From assembly GCA_027031765.1 (NCBI GenBank), contig JALVPN010000226.1:14005-22253 (forward strand): DNA of 8,249 bases, given 5' to 3'. Below, piece by piece: positions 5,117-8,249 of the stretch (the stretch's first letter is position 1; each line of letters begins with the position of its first letter). The DNA is from Promethearchaeota archaeon. Its GTDB lineage: Archaea; Asgardarchaeota; Thorarchaeia; Thorarchaeales; Thorarchaeaceae. Position numbers and translations under genes: made by a program. The notes beneath the pieces are model-generated. The model did not search any database. It saw only the letters and a program-made list of their open reading frames with translations, and was not told where the DNA came from.

Positions 5117-7357
5117 ATGAGAGCCCGGTCGTTCGTGCTTGCCGTGTCGGTGGTGCTGGTACTCGGACTCGCAGGTCTACCGCTGGCCCCAGACGGTGGG
5201 CCTACCGGGGGGCCACAGAATGGCACGGGTGCAGTGGCACGGCCTGCGGACCAGTACACAGTGGACAGGACATCGCGCAAGTGGCCTGTCAGGGTCGTGT
5301 TTGTGGGCTACGATGACGCAGTGGTGAACGAGTCCGAGTTTGTCGCAGGTCTGCCCGGTCCATTCGAACGGAGCTATGGGTCTCTGCATGTGGTGCACAA
5401 CATCAGCTATGAGGTATACTTTGCGGGCGCGACGTACTACAACTGGGTGCTGGAGTGGGCACGTGGGCACGCCCATACGGGGAGTGCTGCCGGTACGCGC
5501 CTTGACACTACACAGCTCGACCCGGACACACCGGACCCCTCGACATTCCTCGTGCCACGGGCCGGCATGGCTATCAATGCGACTGCCACTGAGGACTGGC
5601 TCTACTGGAACCCCTACGTGCCTGGACGGGGGGACGGGTGGACGCTCTACGTCCTCAACCTCAGCGAGCTCGACACACCGGACCACTCATACGAACACTG
5701 GTTCGAGTACACTCCCCTCGATGTCGACTCTAACACGACCCGGCCCCTACACCTGCCCGTAGTCGGCCCTGACACGTACGTGGATGCGACTGCACAGCTG
5801 ACCGCCTTCGGTGGCCGCTATGACCTCTATACGGTAGACCCGAGCGCTGACCAGTGGTACCTCCGTCTGGCCGCTGCTCTCCTCAACGGTACACTCTACG
5901 ACGGCCGACCACCACGGTACATGACTGAAGACCTGGAGGATGTCGTCGTGCACTCTGACCTGTCCACCGCTGCGGGCAGGGCCAACGTCACACAGTACCT
6001 TGCTGAGTACTGCAGTGCGCTGCTGCACGCGGTCTTCATGTCCGATGCGCATGGCGACAGTCTGGTGGACCCGCCCCCCACGTGGCGCCCGACTGTCAGT
6101 CTAGTACAGCTCAGGGTCACACTGGCCACTGTCGGCGACACGTCCTCTGCCGGAGACCTGGGCTGGATGACCGCTGCCTCGCGTGTGCGTGAGGCCCTTA
6201 CACATGCGGTGCCCGTAGTGGACTGGGATGTCTACGCGCGCCTGCTACCCATCGACGAGGAGTCCACGCTCAATAGCACCTTCTGGGGGGCTGTCACTCT
6301 CAACGACACGGATGTTGTCGTGGACTGCACGCGCCTTGCCATGGGGCTTGCTGGTGGCAGTGACCACAGTGGTGGGACGACTGACAATGAGAGCGTCCTG
6401 TCCCTCAATGTGTCTGTGTTTGTCGGCGCAGGGCTTGTCCCCATGGAAGCGTGTGGGCTTGGGACTGCTGGACTCACCGCTGTGGTCACACGCGGACTGG
6501 ACACGGTAGTGGGCCCTGGCCCGGGGGATCCGGTCGCAGGTGTGACAGGCGACATTGTACGGGCGGTACTCGCACTGCTGGGTGTAGGCTGCTCTCTAAA
6601 TACCAGCCTATTCATAGGTGACATGATGTGGGGTGTACTGACACCACTGTTCCCTGCTGCAGTCCCGTCGACTGCCACCACCGACATTCTCTGCGTGGCC
6701 CTTGTCGACCAGCTGGAGGAGGCCAGCCGCGACCTGTTGCGCGACGTAGTATCTGGACTACCGGCTACCCTGCCTTCTCGCACCGCATGGGGGATAAGCT
6801 CTGCGCTCAGGGCCATACGCCATGCTGACGACCTCGTGCTCCGTCACGACTTCCAAGACGCCGTGGCCGCTCTCCTCTCCGTCGAGGACTGGGCCCATCG
6901 GATTGTTGCCTCGCTCTCGGACTCCCTGCGACCAGAGATCCTTGAATGGGGCGTTGTACAACCACACTCATGGGACGACCCGTTCGTGGTGTGGGCAAAC
7001 GTCAGTGAGAGCGGTTCGGGGATTGAGAACGTGACGGTGGTCATCGAGGGCCCGCTGGGCGAGAGGCGGCACCTCCTCCCCTACAATGGGACACACTATA
7101 CCGCGTGGCTCGCACCACTGGGCCTCAATGCGACCTTCCAGGTCCACGTCGAGGCGTACGACTGGGCCATGAATGTGGCCACGAGCTATACCCTGACGGT
7201 CGACCTGTCCCCGAGGCCACCACCACCGTTGGACCCCTGGGTCACCATGCCGCTCGTCGTGGGGTCAAGCCTTGTGCTTATGGTCGTGGTCGTGGTCGTT
7301 GCCTACGCGTACCGGCGGCGCGTGTTCCCTGAGATGACTGCCGGCCCCCCGGAATGA
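5117..7357 (+). CDS. Secreted, C-terminally anchored surface glycoprotein (746 aa); probable inactive zinc-metallopeptidase homolog with an Ig-like stalk domain
   Basis: N-terminal signal peptide MRARSFVLAVSVVLVLGLAGLPLA. 17 N-x-S/T sequons. Ig-like domain (about 6920-7203; ANVSESGSGIENVTV...AYDWAMN). Pro-rich linker, TM helix 7241-7312, then RRR. The peptidase relationship is recalled from family patterns and is not verified. Confidence 0.9.
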   Translation: MRARSFVLAVSVVLVLGLAGLPLAPDGGPTGGPQNGTGAVARPADQYTVDRTSRKWPVRVVFVGYDDAVVNESEFVAGLPGPFERSYGSLHVVHNISYEVYFAGATYYNWVLEWARGHAHTGSAAGTRLDTTQLDPDTPDPSTFLVPRAGMAINATATEDWLYWNPYVPGRGDGWTLYVLNLSELDTPDHSYEHWFEYTPLDVDSNTTRPLHLPVVGPDTYVDATAQLTAFGGRYDLYTVDPSADQWYLRLAAALLNGTLYDGRPPRYMTEDLEDVVVHSDLSTAAGRANVTQYLAEYCSALLHAVFMSDAHGDSLVDPPPTWRPTVSLVQLRVTLATVGDTSSAGDLGWMTAASRVREALTHAVPVVDWDVYARLLPIDEESTLNSTFWGAVTLNDTDVVVDCTRLAMGLAGGSDHSGGTTDNESVLSLNVSVFVGAGLVPMEACGLGTAGLTAVVTRGLDTVVGPGPGDPVAGVTGDIVRAVLALLGVGCSLNTSLFIGDMMWGVLTPLFPAAVPSTATTDILCVALVDQLEEASRDLLRDVVSGLPATLPSRTAWGISSALRAIRHADDLVLRHDFQDAVAALLSVEDWAHRIVASLSDSLRPEILEWGVVQPHSWDDPFVVWANVSESGSGIENVTVVIEGPLGERRHLLPYNGTHYTAWLAPLGLNATFQVHVEAYDWAMNVATSYTLTVDLSPRPPPPLDPWVTMPLVVGSSLVLMVVVVVVAYAYRRRVFPEMTAGPPE

Positions 7358-7473
7358 GTGGGCCGGGGGTGAACGGTCACGTACCGGGGCCGTGCTGGTC
7401 CGTCCGCTTCCCACTCCCCGCGCGTCCACTCAGTACTGTAGAGGTGGGGCCCGTGCAGCACCTGTGGTGTGGC

Positions 7474-8249
7474 TCACCTGGGCACGAGGGACGACCAGAC
7501 GCCCTGTCCCTCCGTTGCGACTGCGAGCGGCATGTGCGGCGTGTCAAAGGCCCATGCTACATCCCCCGCACTGCTCACGAGTATGATCCCCCCGTCGCCG
7601 CTCGTCTTCTCCCGGAGCTGGCGGAGGGCAGAGTCTGCTGCCTCCTGTACTGTGTGGCCCTGTGAGAACTGGAACACAGCGGACCCGGCCATCACGACCC
7701 TGAGGATGTGTTCTCCACGGCCGGTGCAGAGGGCGCCCACCTGGTCAGTGGCATACAGTCCGGCACCGACAACAGGGGTGTCACCGACCCGTCCGGGCAA
7801 CTTCCCGGGCCAGCCACTGGTCGAGCCAGCTACTGCAATCCTCCCGTGCCTGTCCACGGCGATACAGCCCACAGTGTCGCACCCGGCCGCGAGCGGCGGC
7901 CCCTTTGGCCCTGGCCCCTCTGTGTCTGGGCCCATAGGTCTGTAGCCCGCGTGCTGCATCTCACGGTACAACCGGAGCGCCCCGTCACCGACGACCTGTG
8001 CTACTGGCGTCCTCTCAAGGACATAGCGCGCAAGTGTGACCGGGTGTGCCACACCGCGCACAGCCATCACGGCCCCGTACTCCAGCCTGCTGCCGTCCAT
8101 GATTGCTGCGTCCAGCTCCACGACGCCCTCCATGTTGGGTGGGGCCCGTGCACCTGCCGTGAAGAGTCCGCAGCCCTCCAGCCGCCGCACAGCCGCCTCA
8201 ACAGCGTCGAGTGAGCTGCCACCCCTGTCAAGGACGCACATGCCAGTCC
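7474..8249 (-). CDS. Asparaginase-2 family Ntn-hydrolase (isoaspartyl peptidase/L-asparaginase or glycosylasparaginase-like), 5'-truncated by the window
   Basis: Motifs GGSSLDAVEAAV, VELDAAIMDG, D|TVGCIAVD (nucleophile Thr codon 7873-7875), STSG, GRVGDTPVVGAGLYA, CTGRGE and GDGGII. The frame stays open beyond ATG8241 to the window edge, and the family's N-terminal HGGA-type strand is missing. Stop TGA at 7474-7476. Confidence 0.95.
   Translation of the reverse strand, partial: TGMCVLDRGGSSLDAVEAAVRRLEGCGLFTAGARAPPNMEGVVELDAAIMDGSRLEYGAVMAVRGVAHPVTLARYVLERTPVAQVVGDGALRLYREMQHAGYRPMGPDTEGPGPKGPPLAAGCDTVGCIAVDRHGRIAVAGSTSGWPGKLPGRVGDTPVVGAGLYATDQVGALCTGRGEHILRVVMAGSAVFQFSQGHTVQEAADSALRQLREKTSGDGGIILVSSAGDVAWAFDTPHMPLAVATEGQGVWSSLVPR

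Noticed and set aside
5114-5121. CTGATGAG, the hammerhead ribozyme core word
   Set aside because: It overlaps the ORF2 start codon, and no stem II plus GAAA element follows.
7358-7473. Convergent intergenic gap examined for a bidirectional terminator
   Set aside because: Only weak pairings and an 8-bp palindrome (CAGTACTG 7431-7438), with no T-tracts on either strand.
1-8249. CRISPR arrays, IS/transposase, integrase, DGR template/variable repeats, rRNA, tRNA, SRP and RNase P RNA
   Set aside because: I found no regularly spaced DNA repeats, mobile-element protein motifs, near-duplicate segments or diagnostic RNA signature sequences by eye on either strand.

Overview
GC-rich window (roughly 60-65% by eye), most likely archaeal. 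The membrane-anchored, sequon-rich surface proteins suggest an Asgard/Thorarchaeia-like host; this is inference, since no marker gene is present. There are three protein genes. (1) The 3' part of a very large beta-propeller surface protein (<1..4095, +; frame open from base 1) with a BNR/Asp-box-like domain, about 18 FG-GAP-like repeats, a C-terminal TM helix and an RRRRR tail. (2) A secreted, membrane-anchored 746-aa glycoprotein (5117..7357, +) in which 17 of 20 Asn lie in N-glycosylation sequons, and which appears to be a zinc-metallopeptidase homolog that has lost its HExxHxxGxxH motif. (3) A convergent, 5'-truncated Ntn-hydrolase of the asparaginase-2 family (>8249..7474, -) with several glycosylasparaginase-like residues. 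The most striking unexplained signal is in the ~1 kb intergenic gap. Bases 4664-4807 fold by hand into a tightly packed four-way-junction RNA with a kink-turn-like loop and a mutually exclusive alternative helix. It is preceded by a BRE/TATA promoter with an operator-like inverted repeat and followed by a pyrimidine-rich tract. I could not match it to any RNA family I know. All folding was done by hand and no database search was run.
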